From the NCBI GenBank assembly GCA_016933455.1, contig JAFGAZ010000012.1, positions 1,625-65,624 on the forward strand: a stretch of 64,000 nt of DNA. Reading direction: 5' to 3'. This DNA is from Candidatus Aenigmatarchaeota archaeon. Its GTDB lineage: Archaea; Aenigmatarchaeota; Aenigmatarchaeia; Aenigmatarchaeales; Aenigmatarchaeaceae. Shown here piece by piece: positions 26,244-34,441 of this stretch; within the stretch, counting starts at the first letter, position 1, and each line of letters begins with the position of its first letter. The position numbers and the translations under genes are program-made. The notes beneath the pieces are model-generated. The model saw only the letters and a list, made by a program, of their open reading frames with translations. It had not been told where the DNA came from and did no database searches.

Positions 26244-27692
26244 ATGGTAGATTACGAAAAAATAGGCTTCAAATGTGGCGTTGAGATACACAACCGTCTG
26301 GACACCAAAACTAAATTGTTCTGCGGCTGCAAGCCGAGGTTTTCCAAAGAAAAGCCTGACAATCTTGTCAAGAGAAAGCTTAGGGCTGTTGCCGGAGAGA
26401 TGGGTCAGGTTGATTCTGCTGCTTTGTACGAGTATCTTAAAGATAGGACCTTTTTTTACCAATGCTTCCCAGAGGAGACATGCCTTGTGTGCGTTGACGA
26501 GGAGCCTCCAATGTCTGTAAACAAGGAGGCTTTGGAAATAGCTCTGCAGATAGCCAAGATGCTAAAGGCTGAAATTCCCGAGGAAATTCATGTTATGAGA
26601 AAGACGGTTGTTGACGGTTCCAACACTTCCGCATTCCAAAGAACAGCCATAGTTGGTCTAAACGGTGTTTTGAAAACTTCCCAGGGTGATGTCGGCATAA
26701 CCAACATATGCCTTGAGGAGGAGTCTGCAGGTAAGGTCAAGAAAGACGGCAATGAGCTAACTTATCGTCTTGACAGGCTTGGCATTCCTCTTGTTGAGAT
26801 AGGCACTGCGCCTGACATAAAAAATCCTGAGCATGCAAAGGAGGTTGCTGAAAAAATAGGCATGCTTGTTAGGTCCACAGGCAAGAGCCAACGAGGTATT
26901 GGCGTTACAAGAGAGGATGTTAATGTTTCTATAAAGGGGGGTGCAAGGGTCGAGATAAAGGGCGTTCAAGCTCTTGACATGATACCGCTTCTTATTGAAA
27001 ACGAAATCAAAAGGCAGCAAGAGATGATAAAGAAGGGTGAAAAGCCGATCGAGGAGACAAGGGTTGCCAAGGACGACGGTACTACAAAGTTCACAAGGCC
27101 CCTTCCTGGTGGGGAGAGGATGTATCCTGAGACCGACGCTGAAAGCATCATGGTTACAAAACATATGCTTTCCAAAATAAAGATACCTGAAACATGGGAG
27201 GAGAAGGCAGAAAGATTTTGCAAGATTCTTCCTGACGGCATGGTTGACCAGGTGCTAAAGAGCGATTATCTTGGCATTTTTGAGAAGCTTGTTGAGAAAT
27301 ACGACCCGGTTCTTGTGGCAAATACGGTCACATCCACTGTAAAAGACATTCGAAGAAATGGTCTTGATACTGATTTGATAACTGACGAGATATTAGAGGA
27401 GCTATTTTCTTTTGTCAAAGAAAAGAAAATTTCCAAGGAGGCAATACCTAAGGTTCTGGAAGTTGTTTGCAAAAATGATATTTCTGTTTTGGATGCTATC
27501 GACAAAGCTGGTCTTGAGTCTATGGACGAAAAGCAGCTTGAAAAGATAGTGGAGAAAACACTAAATGATCATTTTGATTTGGCTAAAGAAAAAAGGTTCG
27601 CCCCTTTGATGGGACTTGTCATGAAAGAAGTTCGAGGAAAAATAGGCGGAGACATTGTCTCCAAGGTTCTAAAAAAGAAACTGGAAAAATAA
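26244..27692 (+). CDS. gatE: Glu-tRNA(Gln) amidotransferase subunit E-like (GatE), short form
   Basis: GFKCGVEIHNRLDTKTKLFCGC, VVDGSNTSAFQRT (GatE-specific; GatB has YPDLPKGYQISQ), RMYPETD, YqeY-like tail FAPLMGLVMKEVRGK. 482 aa versus about 610-630 in canonical GatE. Confidence 0.75.
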   Translation: MVDYEKIGFKCGVEIHNRLDTKTKLFCGCKPRFSKEKPDNLVKRKLRAVAGEMGQVDSAALYEYLKDRTFFYQCFPEETCLVCVDEEPPMSVNKEALEIALQIAKMLKAEIPEEIHVMRKTVVDGSNTSAFQRTAIVGLNGVLKTSQGDVGITNICLEEESAGKVKKDGNELTYRLDRLGIPLVEIGTAPDIKNPEHAKEVAEKIGMLVRSTGKSQRGIGVTREDVNVSIKGGARVEIKGVQALDMIPLLIENEIKRQQEMIKKGEKPIEETRVAKDDGTTKFTRPLPGGERMYPETDAESIMVTKHMLSKIKIPETWEEKAERFCKILPDGMVDQVLKSDYLGIFEKLVEKYDPVLVANTVTSTVKDIRRNGLDTDLITDEILEELFSFVKEKKISKEAIPKVLEVVCKNDISVLDAIDKAGLESMDEKQLEKIVEKTLNDHFDLAKEKRFAPLMGLVMKEVRGKIGGDIVSKVLKKKLEK

Positions 27693-27711
27693 AAATAGGA
27701 GTCCTTTCGGA

Positions 27712-28977
27712 CTACCATTTGGGCTTGAATTTGCTGCTGTCTCTTGGAACAGAACTTCCGCTTCTTCTCCTTCCGCCCCTTGAGCCACCAGAGCTTCTTG
27801 AACCAAATCCTCTTCTAGGACCGCCCCTTCCTCTTGGACCGTCGTTTCTCCTGCCCGTGTCAAACGGAAGCATCTTGAGGTTTTCTATCTCAAGCTTCTT
27901 TATGTCGTAGGAGAACTCGTTCACAATCCTTCTAAAGGAGTCGTGGTCTTCCCTGCTTAGCATGGAAATTGCCTTTCCCTCTTCACCAGCTCTTGCTGTT
28001 CTTCCTATTCTGTTGGCAAAGCTTTCCGCGTCCTTTGGTATGTTGTAGTTGAATATGTGCGAGACGTTCTTTATGTCAAGTCCTCTTGATGCAACGTCTG
28101 TTGCCACAACCACTTTAACCTTGCCTTCATGGAAGTCGTTTAGCACTCTTTCCCTTCTGGCCTGGGTTAGGCCGCCGTGAATTGCCACAGCGTCGATGTT
28201 TTGGTTTTTTAGGTTTTTTGCAATCATGTCTGTTTCCCTTCTGGAATTGCAGAATATCATTGCAAGCTCAGGGTTTTCCTGCTTTACTAGGTGCACGAGC
28301 AAAGAGAATTTGCTCTTTCTGTCGGCATTGCAGTAGAACTGCTTTAGCATGCTCTCGTCTACCTTTATCTTGGTTCTTATGTCCTTTGCGTTTTTTGTGA
28401 ACCTTCTTTTCATCCTGTCTAGTCTTTCTGGCATTGTTGCGCAAAAGAGCAGATTTTGCTTGTCTTCGGGCATTCCCTTTTCAATGTCGTCGATGTCCTC
28501 TGCAAAGCCCATGTCTATCATCTTGTCGGCCTCGTCTAGAACAAAGACCTTGATGTTTTTTAGGTCCATGTTGCCCCTTCTTATGTGGTCAAGCACCCTT
28601 CCAGGAGTTCCCACTATTATCTCGGCTTTCTTAAGGCCTCTGAGCTGTGGCTCAAAGCCCACGCCGCCGTATATGGTTTGCACAAACAAACCCTTTTTGC
28701 TAGAGAACTTTTCTAGTTCCTTTGCAGTTTGTATTGACAATTCCCTTGTAGGGGAAAGTACTAGGGCTTGTATGCCGCTTCCTTTCTCTGTTTTTTCAAC
28801 AAGGGGTATGCCGAAGGCCGCAGTCTTGCCAGAACCTGTCTGGGACTGGCCGATAACATCATGACCGTCTTTAATAAGAGGTATTGTTTCAGCCTGTATC
28901 TGCGTAGGCTCCTCAAAGCCTATGTTTTTCAAAGAGCTCAATACACAGCTCTCTATGTTTAATTCTTCAAATTTCAT
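27712..28977 (-). CDS. DEAD-box ATP-dependent RNA helicase with RGG-rich C-terminal tail
   Basis: Q-motif region, SQTGSGKT, VLDEADKM, (S/C)AT, HGGLTQARR, ASRGLDI, RIGRTARAG. Tail GPRGRGGPRRGFGSRSSGGSRGGRRRSG. Confidence 0.9.
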   Translation of the reverse strand: MKFEELNIESCVLSSLKNIGFEEPTQIQAETIPLIKDGHDVIGQSQTGSGKTAAFGIPLVEKTEKGSGIQALVLSPTRELSIQTAKELEKFSSKKGLFVQTIYGGVGFEPQLRGLKKAEIIVGTPGRVLDHIRRGNMDLKNIKVFVLDEADKMIDMGFAEDIDDIEKGMPEDKQNLLFCATMPERLDRMKRRFTKNAKDIRTKIKVDESMLKQFYCNADRKSKFSLLVHLVKQENPELAMIFCNSRRETDMIAKNLKNQNIDAVAIHGGLTQARRERVLNDFHEGKVKVVVATDVASRGLDIKNVSHIFNYNIPKDAESFANRIGRTARAGEEGKAISMLSREDHDSFRRIVNEFSYDIKKLEIENLKMLPFDTGRRNDGPRGRGGPRRGFGSRSSGGSRGGRRRSGSSVPRDSSKFKPKW

Positions 28978-29185
28978 TCAAATCAAATCCTTAATTTTTT
29001 CAAAAAGTCACACATGCAATAGAATTAGTATAACAAACTAACGCTATTTTAACAAGGCATTGTACTTTTATTACTATTTAATAGGAACTAATAGTATTTA
29101 AAACTTGTTTTTTCACGAAACATTCATTACTCCGGAGTAAATAATAAGCATTTAAGCTTTTATGCCCTATAAAGTTTTGATTTTA

Positions 29186-30943
29186 GTGTGTGGTATAATA
29201 GGTTACACGGGCAACAAGAAAGCTTCGAAAGTGGTTCTAAAAGGTCTTATGACCTTGGAATACAGGGGCTATGATTCTGCAGGCATAGTGACGCTTGATC
29301 CAAAGATAAGAATACAAAAGAATGTTGGTAAGATAAATCAGATAGACTTTGACATGGAAAAGTTGCCAGGAAACGTTGGTATTGGTCACACAAGATGGGC
29401 CACGCATGGCGGGGTCACAAAGGAGAATTGTCATCCTCATATTTCAAACAACGGCAAAATTGCGGTTGTTCACAATGGCATAATAGAGAACTATCAGGAG
29501 CTGAGAACTTTTCTTGAGGCAAAGGGTTTTGTTTTTAATACACAGACAGATACTGAAGTTATACCCAACCTGATAGAGATGTACATGAAGGAAAACGATT
29601 TTCTGGATGCTGTCAAAAAATCCATAAAGATGCTCGAGGGAAGCTATGCCCTTGCCATAGTTTGCGAGGGCCTTGAAAAAGTAATAGCAGTTAGAAAAGA
29701 CTCGCCCCTTGTTGTCGGAGTCGGAGATGAAGAATTTTTTGTCGCATCAGATGTTCCTGCTTTTATTGAGCATACAAAAAAGGTGATATATCTTCATGAG
29801 AACGATCTTGTCATAATCAACAAAAAATTGAAAATATTCAATCTCAAAGAGGACAGAGAGGTTGAAAGGCCTGTGCATAACATTGATTGGGACATGGAGC
29901 AAGCAAAGAAAGGCAACTTTGAGCATTTCATGCTAAAAGAGATTGCCGAGCAAACAGAGAGCATCAAGAAATCCCTGAGGAACAACACGAAGGAAATAGA
30001 AAGGGTTTCTTGGATGATAAACGATGCCAGAAAGGTTTATCTCATAGGATGCGGTTCGTCTTACCATGCATGCCTTTCCGCAAGCTACAAGTTCTCATCT
30101 CTTGCAAAGAAACACCTTGATGTTGTTTTGGCATCCGAATTTTCCAATTACAGGGATCTTATTGAGCAAGACAGTCTTGTGATAGCTGTTTCACAGTCAG
30201 GCGAGACCGCAGACATTTTGGAGGCCGTAAAGTCCGCAAAGGAAAAAGGAGCCAAGGTAGTATCCATTGTCAATGTTACAGGGTCATCGCTTACAAGAGA
30301 GTCTGACGAGCTTTTGATGATGAACTCAGGCCCTGAGATATCTGTGCTTTCTACCAAGACGTATACTTCGCAACTTGTTGTTCTCACGCTTTTGGCGTAT
30401 GCAACAGCTGGCAGGTATGACGAGGGAAAGGCCAAGATAAAAGATCTTATCAATTATGTTTACTACATAACATCGGCCAATGCAAGAGACTATATAAGAA
30501 AACTTTCCGAGAAGATAAAGGACTCTGAGCACATATACCTAATCGGCAGGGGTCTTCAGTACCCAACAGCTCTTGAAGCTGCTCTTAAGATCAAAGAGGT
30601 TTCATACATACATGCGGAGGGTTTTGCCGGAGGTGAGCTAAAGCATGGCGCAATAGCCATGATAGAAAAGGGAACGCCTTGCATTGTATTCACTTCAGAT
30701 TTGACCGAAAAAGAAATGGTCGGCAATGCATCAGAGCTCAAGGCAAGAGGGGCATACATAATAGGTATAGGCCCAAGAAACAACGACCTTTTTGACTTCT
30801 TCATAAAAGTCATGCAAGCCGACGAGGCCAACTCCATATGCCAGATAATACCAATACAGATTCTTGCCTACCAGTTGGCATTGCTAAGGGGCTGCGATCC
30901 CGACAGGCCGAGAAATCTAGCCAAGTCTGTTACTGTCAAATAA
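29186..30943 (+). CDS. glmS: glutamine--fructose-6-phosphate aminotransferase (isomerising)
   Basis: Start set at GTG 29186, so the nucleophile Cys is residue 2 (M-CGIIGYTG), as Ntn amidotransferases require. Two SIS domains. C-terminal PRNLAKSVTVK. Confidence 0.9.
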   Translation: MCGIIGYTGNKKASKVVLKGLMTLEYRGYDSAGIVTLDPKIRIQKNVGKINQIDFDMEKLPGNVGIGHTRWATHGGVTKENCHPHISNNGKIAVVHNGIIENYQELRTFLEAKGFVFNTQTDTEVIPNLIEMYMKENDFLDAVKKSIKMLEGSYALAIVCEGLEKVIAVRKDSPLVVGVGDEEFFVASDVPAFIEHTKKVIYLHENDLVIINKKLKIFNLKEDREVERPVHNIDWDMEQAKKGNFEHFMLKEIAEQTESIKKSLRNNTKEIERVSWMINDARKVYLIGCGSSYHACLSASYKFSSLAKKHLDVVLASEFSNYRDLIEQDSLVIAVSQSGETADILEAVKSAKEKGAKVVSIVNVTGSSLTRESDELLMMNSGPEISVLSTKTYTSQLVVLTLLAYATAGRYDEGKAKIKDLINYVYYITSANARDYIRKLSEKIKDSEHIYLIGRGLQYPTALEAALKIKEVSYIHAEGFAGGELKHGAIAMIEKGTPCIVFTSDLTEKEMVGNASELKARGAYIIGIGPRNNDLFDFFIKVMQADEANSICQIIPIQILAYQLALLRGCDPDRPRNLAKSVTVK

Positions 30944-30970
30944 AACAGAAAAAAAATTCAAAAAGAGTTT

Positions 30971-31375
30971 TCATCTCTTGAGCTTCTTTCCTATAAAGCC
31001 GCCTATGGCTCCAAGGATTATGCCCATTGCGATGAACCAGGCAAATGCACCTACATAAGGTGAAAGCATACCGCCCAATAATGCCACAACGGAATCAAGG
31101 AATGAAATTCCTGTTGATGCGGTTATCCACTCCGATCCTATTAACATTGTTATAAGACCGCCTAGAACTCCGCCAATCACGCATGCGATTATTCCGTTGA
31201 TAACTGCATTTATCGGCTTTGCTGCCATTCTGCCTATGTACATACCTGCTATCAATGCTGAGATCAACACAGCATATGGTGCCAGGTTTATTGGTAGCAT
31301 ACCACCTACCATGCCAAGGGCAATTGCCAATACCACGTAGATTAATGCTCCTTTCAAAAATGGTTTATAGTCCAT
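30971..31375 (-). CDS. small Gly-rich polytopic membrane protein (134 aa)
   Basis: Start moved to ATG 31375 (MDYKPFLKGALIYVVLAIALG...), because the longer track ORF overlaps the upstream methylthiotransferase gene. 4 hydrophobic glycine-zipper-like segments. Confidence 0.55.
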   Translation of the reverse strand: MDYKPFLKGALIYVVLAIALGMVGGMLPINLAPYAVLISALIAGMYIGRMAAKPINAVINGIIACVIGGVLGGLITMLIGSEWITASTGISFLDSVVALLGGMLSPYVGAFAWFIAMGIILGAIGGFIGKKLKR

Positions 31376-31421
31376 GTACTCACTTTTTAGAATAATAATT
31401 TCCCTGAATATAAACCTTGCT

Positions 31422-32696
31422 TTAAACGGATTCCGACAGGATGTATGCCTTGTCCGCCTTGATAGCCTCGACATTGACAAATTTTCCAAAATTGTTGCCT
31501 TCAAGCTCGACAATGAACAATTTGTAGGCGCAGTTCCTGCCAAACCACTGGTTCTTTTTATTGCCCTTCTTGAAAAGCAGTATTCTTCCCTTCCATCCCA
31601 GCCATTCCTTGTTTTTTTCCAAGGAAAGCTGCCTGACAATCTTGGATAGTTTAATGCTTCTTTTAATTATTGCATCGGAATTTACTTGCTTCATCTTTGC
31701 TGCGGGCGTGTTCGGCCTTGAGCCGTACTTTGACACATTTACCCAGTCAGGCCTTACTTTTTTCACCAAATCAATAGTGTTTTGGAACTGCTCTTCCGTT
31801 TCTCCTGGAAAGCCAACAATGACATCGCTCCATAAATTGCATCTGAAACTTTGCTTGAATTTTGATATTATCTTTTCAAAATCCCTGACACTATGACCTC
31901 TGTTCATTTTTTTAAGGATCGCGTCATCACCGGACTGAACAGGCAAGTGAAGGAATTTGTATACCTTTTCATTTTCATATGCCCTGATTAGTTTAGGGAG
32001 AATTGGCAGAACGTTTCTTGGGTTCATCATGCCGACTCTAATCATAAAGTCCCCTCTGATTTTTGTCATGTCGTTCAATAGTTCTGGTAGCTTGCCGTTG
32101 CCATATGAAGCATTATCTTGTGACGTTATCCACATCTCCTTGCAGCCTTGTTTGATTGAATTTCTTACCTCCTTTAGGATGTCTTCTTTCGGATACGAGA
32201 AGAGCTTTCCTTTGGCCAATCTGACACAGCAGTATGAGCAGGAAGAATTGCAACCTGTTGATATAGGAACTATGTCTATTAGAGAATTTTTTCTAATTTT
32301 TGCAAGACATGCTTTTACTTGATTTGATTTTCCTACCAATTCAATTCTCTTTCCTTTTATGGTTTGCTTTGCTGCTTTAACTATGTCATTGACATGATGC
32401 GTGCTAACAAGGCTTGCATTAGGAAATTTTTTTACAAGAATTTCATGTATGCCTTCTGGCATGCAACCTGATATTATAATTTTTTTTCTCGGATATTCTT
32501 CGATTATATCGCTTATTCTTCTTAGTATCTTATGCTCTGTTGGCGTTTTGACATAGCATGTAACAAATATCAAAAGACCTGCATTCTTTTCATTGTCAAC
32601 AATTCTAAAGCCAGAATTTTTCAAAAGACCCGCTATTGCTTCCCCTTCGGCTTGGGAGTTTGAACAGCCGTATGATTCCACATAAACATTTGTCAT
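31422..32696 (-). CDS. radical-SAM methylthiotransferase, archaeal/eukaryotic MtaB (CDKAL1)-type
   Basis: UPF0004 domain VYVESYGCSNSQAEGE, radical SAM GCNSSCSYCCV, C-terminal TRAM-like domain. Confidence 0.85.
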   Translation of the reverse strand: MTNVYVESYGCSNSQAEGEAIAGLLKNSGFRIVDNEKNAGLLIFVTCYVKTPTEHKILRRISDIIEEYPRKKIIISGCMPEGIHEILVKKFPNASLVSTHHVNDIVKAAKQTIKGKRIELVGKSNQVKACLAKIRKNSLIDIVPISTGCNSSCSYCCVRLAKGKLFSYPKEDILKEVRNSIKQGCKEMWITSQDNASYGNGKLPELLNDMTKIRGDFMIRVGMMNPRNVLPILPKLIRAYENEKVYKFLHLPVQSGDDAILKKMNRGHSVRDFEKIISKFKQSFRCNLWSDVIVGFPGETEEQFQNTIDLVKKVRPDWVNVSKYGSRPNTPAAKMKQVNSDAIIKRSIKLSKIVRQLSLEKNKEWLGWKGRILLFKKGNKKNQWFGRNCAYKLFIVELEGNNFGKFVNVEAIKADKAYILSESV

Positions 32697-32734
32697 GTAA
32701 TCAAGAATTATATTTTCAAAAGAATTATAAGAAG

Positions 32735-33133
32735 CTAATCACTGATTATTGTGACGATAACTTCTCTTTCCCTATCCTTTGTGTCAAAGTTGGCAACCAT
32801 TATCTCTTGCCATGTGCCGAGCTGCATCTTGCCATCCTTTATCGGGATAGTTTGGCTGCTTCCCATAATAGCGGACCTTATGTGAGAATGGGCGTTTTCT
32901 GCATGCTGGTATATTCCCTTCTCAGGGGCTATTTTTTCCATTGCTTTTCTTAGGTCTTCAAGAAGCATGGGATCGTCCTCGTTTATTATAACAGAACATG
33001 TGGCTCCTACCGAGAACAAAGAGCACAAACCGTCTTTTATTTTGGATTTCCTAAGAACATCTTCGACCATGCCTGTTATGTTAACGATTTTCTGAGACTT
33101 TACTTTCAATTTAACAGAGTCCTTGTACATCAT
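32735..33133 (-). CDS. YjbQ/UPF0047 family protein (secondary thiamine-phosphate synthase-like)
   Basis: ITGMVEDVL, LCSLFSVGATCSVIINEDDP, HAENAHSHIRSAIMGSS, DGKMQLGTWQ. Start moved to ATG 33133/33130 to avoid overlapping the upstream gene. Confidence 0.8.
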   Translation of the reverse strand: MMYKDSVKLKVKSQKIVNITGMVEDVLRKSKIKDGLCSLFSVGATCSVIINEDDPMLLEDLRKAMEKIAPEKGIYQHAENAHSHIRSAIMGSSQTIPIKDGKMQLGTWQEIMVANFDTKDREREVIVTIISD

Positions 33134-33155
33134 ATAATTAGATTGATGTTGAAGA

Positions 33156-33824
33156 TTATAAAATTTGTTTGTCAACAAACTTGGCATCAATTATTTTGTA
33201 TACCAGTCTGTTCTTTTCCAGTATTTTCTCAGTTTTTGTTATTTCAAGCTTTCTTGAGAATATGGGGCAATCCAAAACCAATGTCTCGAGCTTGCCGCTT
33301 TCGCCGCTTATGTCAATTCCCTTTTTCTTGAGGGACGCTATTGCTTTTTTGTCTATCATCTTTCCTAGCCACGTTTTGGTAAAGCCTTTCTTTGGAGCAG
33401 CTGTCACCATTATCTCATACTTTTGTTCTAGCATTTCCTTCAAAATATCAAAGGGTTTTTTGCCCCACAAAGGAAACAATGCCTTAAGGCCAAGTTCTTT
33501 GCAAACATCCACAATCATCTTCTTTTGGTGCTTGTTTGCAACAGCCCCGCAAACAACGCCCTCGACCTCGAGGTTTGTCAAAAGCACCTTTAGGTCCTTT
33601 GACTCCAATTCGTCCATGCCAGTTGAGCCCTTTGATATCAGCTGCATGCCAAGAAGCCTTGACTGCATAAAGGCAAGCCCGACATTTGGCGTGTAGAATA
33701 TGTAGCTTTCAGGCTTTTGGGAAATTGCTGTTGCCAGCTTTTCAACAGAATGACCCATCTCCTGGGCCTTTTGTATGGCAAAAACCGAATCCTTTCCACC
33801 GGAAAACAAGGCTACTAATTTCAT
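33156..33824 (-). CDS. PP-loop ATPase of the diphthine-ammonia ligase (Dph6/MJ0570) family
   Basis: MKLVALFSGGKDS (SGGxDS PP-loop). The track's first codon (33836) is TTG; the ATG is at 33824. Confidence 0.75.
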   Translation of the reverse strand: MKLVALFSGGKDSVFAIQKAQEMGHSVEKLATAISQKPESYIFYTPNVGLAFMQSRLLGMQLISKGSTGMDELESKDLKVLLTNLEVEGVVCGAVANKHQKKMIVDVCKELGLKALFPLWGKKPFDILKEMLEQKYEIMVTAAPKKGFTKTWLGKMIDKKAIASLKKKGIDISGESGKLETLVLDCPIFSRKLEITKTEKILEKNRLVYKIIDAKFVDKQIL

Positions 33825-33871
33825 GCTAATCAACAATTAACTTATAAATACTTTATAAAGTATTAATAATA

Positions 33872-33880
33872 TTTAAATAA
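33872..33880 (+). promoter_or_regulatory. TATA-box-like element upstream of tbp
   Basis: TTTAAATAA. Its spacing (centre about 16 nt before ATG 33892, about 31 nt before ATG 33907) favours the second ATG as a near-leaderless start. Confidence 0.35.
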
Positions 33881-33891
33881 AGTGATATTCT

Positions 33892-34434
33892 ATGAAAAGT
33901 TTTAAAATGAAAATAGAGAATGTTGTTGCTTCATCTTCTTTGAACGTGCCAATCAAGCTTGAGAAGCTGGTCGCGAACCTTAGCGGAATCGAGTACGAGC
34001 CAGAGCAGTTCCCAGGTTTGGTGATGCGTTTAAAGGACCCGAAAGCTGCTGCTTTAATTTTTTCTTCGGGAAAGATAGTATGTACTGGAGCAAAGTCCCC
34101 AAAGGACGCAAATATAGTAGTCTCAAAGATTGTGGCTAGAATGAACAAGCTGGGCCTTAAGATACCCAAGACATACAAGGTAAGGCTTGAAAACATAGTC
34201 GCTTCTGCAAAGTTGGATACTGAGCTGAATTTGAATAATATTGCTTTTACTTTGGAAAACACCGAATACGAGCCAGAGCAGTTCCCTGGTCTGGTATATA
34301 GGATGGATGATCCAAGAGTAACATTCCTTCTTTTTGGTAGTGGCAAAATTATTTGCACTGGTGGAAGAAGTATAGCTGATGTGAAGCGAGCAATAGTTAA
34401 GCTTGACAAACGCTTAAGAAAATTAGACGCGTAG
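33892..34434 (+). CDS. tbp: TATA-box binding protein
   Basis: Two TBP repeats (IENVVASSSL.../LENIVASAKL...), each with EYEPEQFPGLV and SGKI(V/I)CTG. Alternative start at ATG 33907. Confidence 0.92.
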   Translation: MKSFKMKIENVVASSSLNVPIKLEKLVANLSGIEYEPEQFPGLVMRLKDPKAAALIFSSGKIVCTGAKSPKDANIVVSKIVARMNKLGLKIPKTYKVRLENIVASAKLDTELNLNNIAFTLENTEYEPEQFPGLVYRMDDPRVTFLLFGSGKIICTGGRSIADVKRAIVKLDKRLRKLDA

Positions 34435-34441
34435 TGTTTTC

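Noticed and set aside
31376-31639. 88-aa N-terminal extension of the small membrane-protein ORF (track 30971..31639).
   Set aside because: It overlaps the 3' end of the methylthiotransferase gene in another frame, and its composition is Arg/Ser-rich. The hydrophobic protein starts cleanly at ATG 31375.
33991-34293. Direct DNA repeat GA(G/A)TACGAGCCAGAGCAGTTCCC(A/T)GGT(T/C)TGGT at 33991.. and 34264..
   Set aside because: It is explained by the ancient internal duplication of TBP (EYEPEQFPGLV in both halves). It is not a mobile or regulatory repeat.
33873-34409. 178-aa ORF antisense to tbp. Similar long shadow ORFs lie at 3870..4469, 24658..25200, 33169..33696, 45522..46037, 47637..48230 and 50618..51265.
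   Set aside because: In each case the opposite strand encodes a protein with strong family motifs (TBP, ALDH, RuBisCO, Dph6-like, DUF1512-like, MinD, coiled-coil). The shadow translations are compositionally odd and motif-free.
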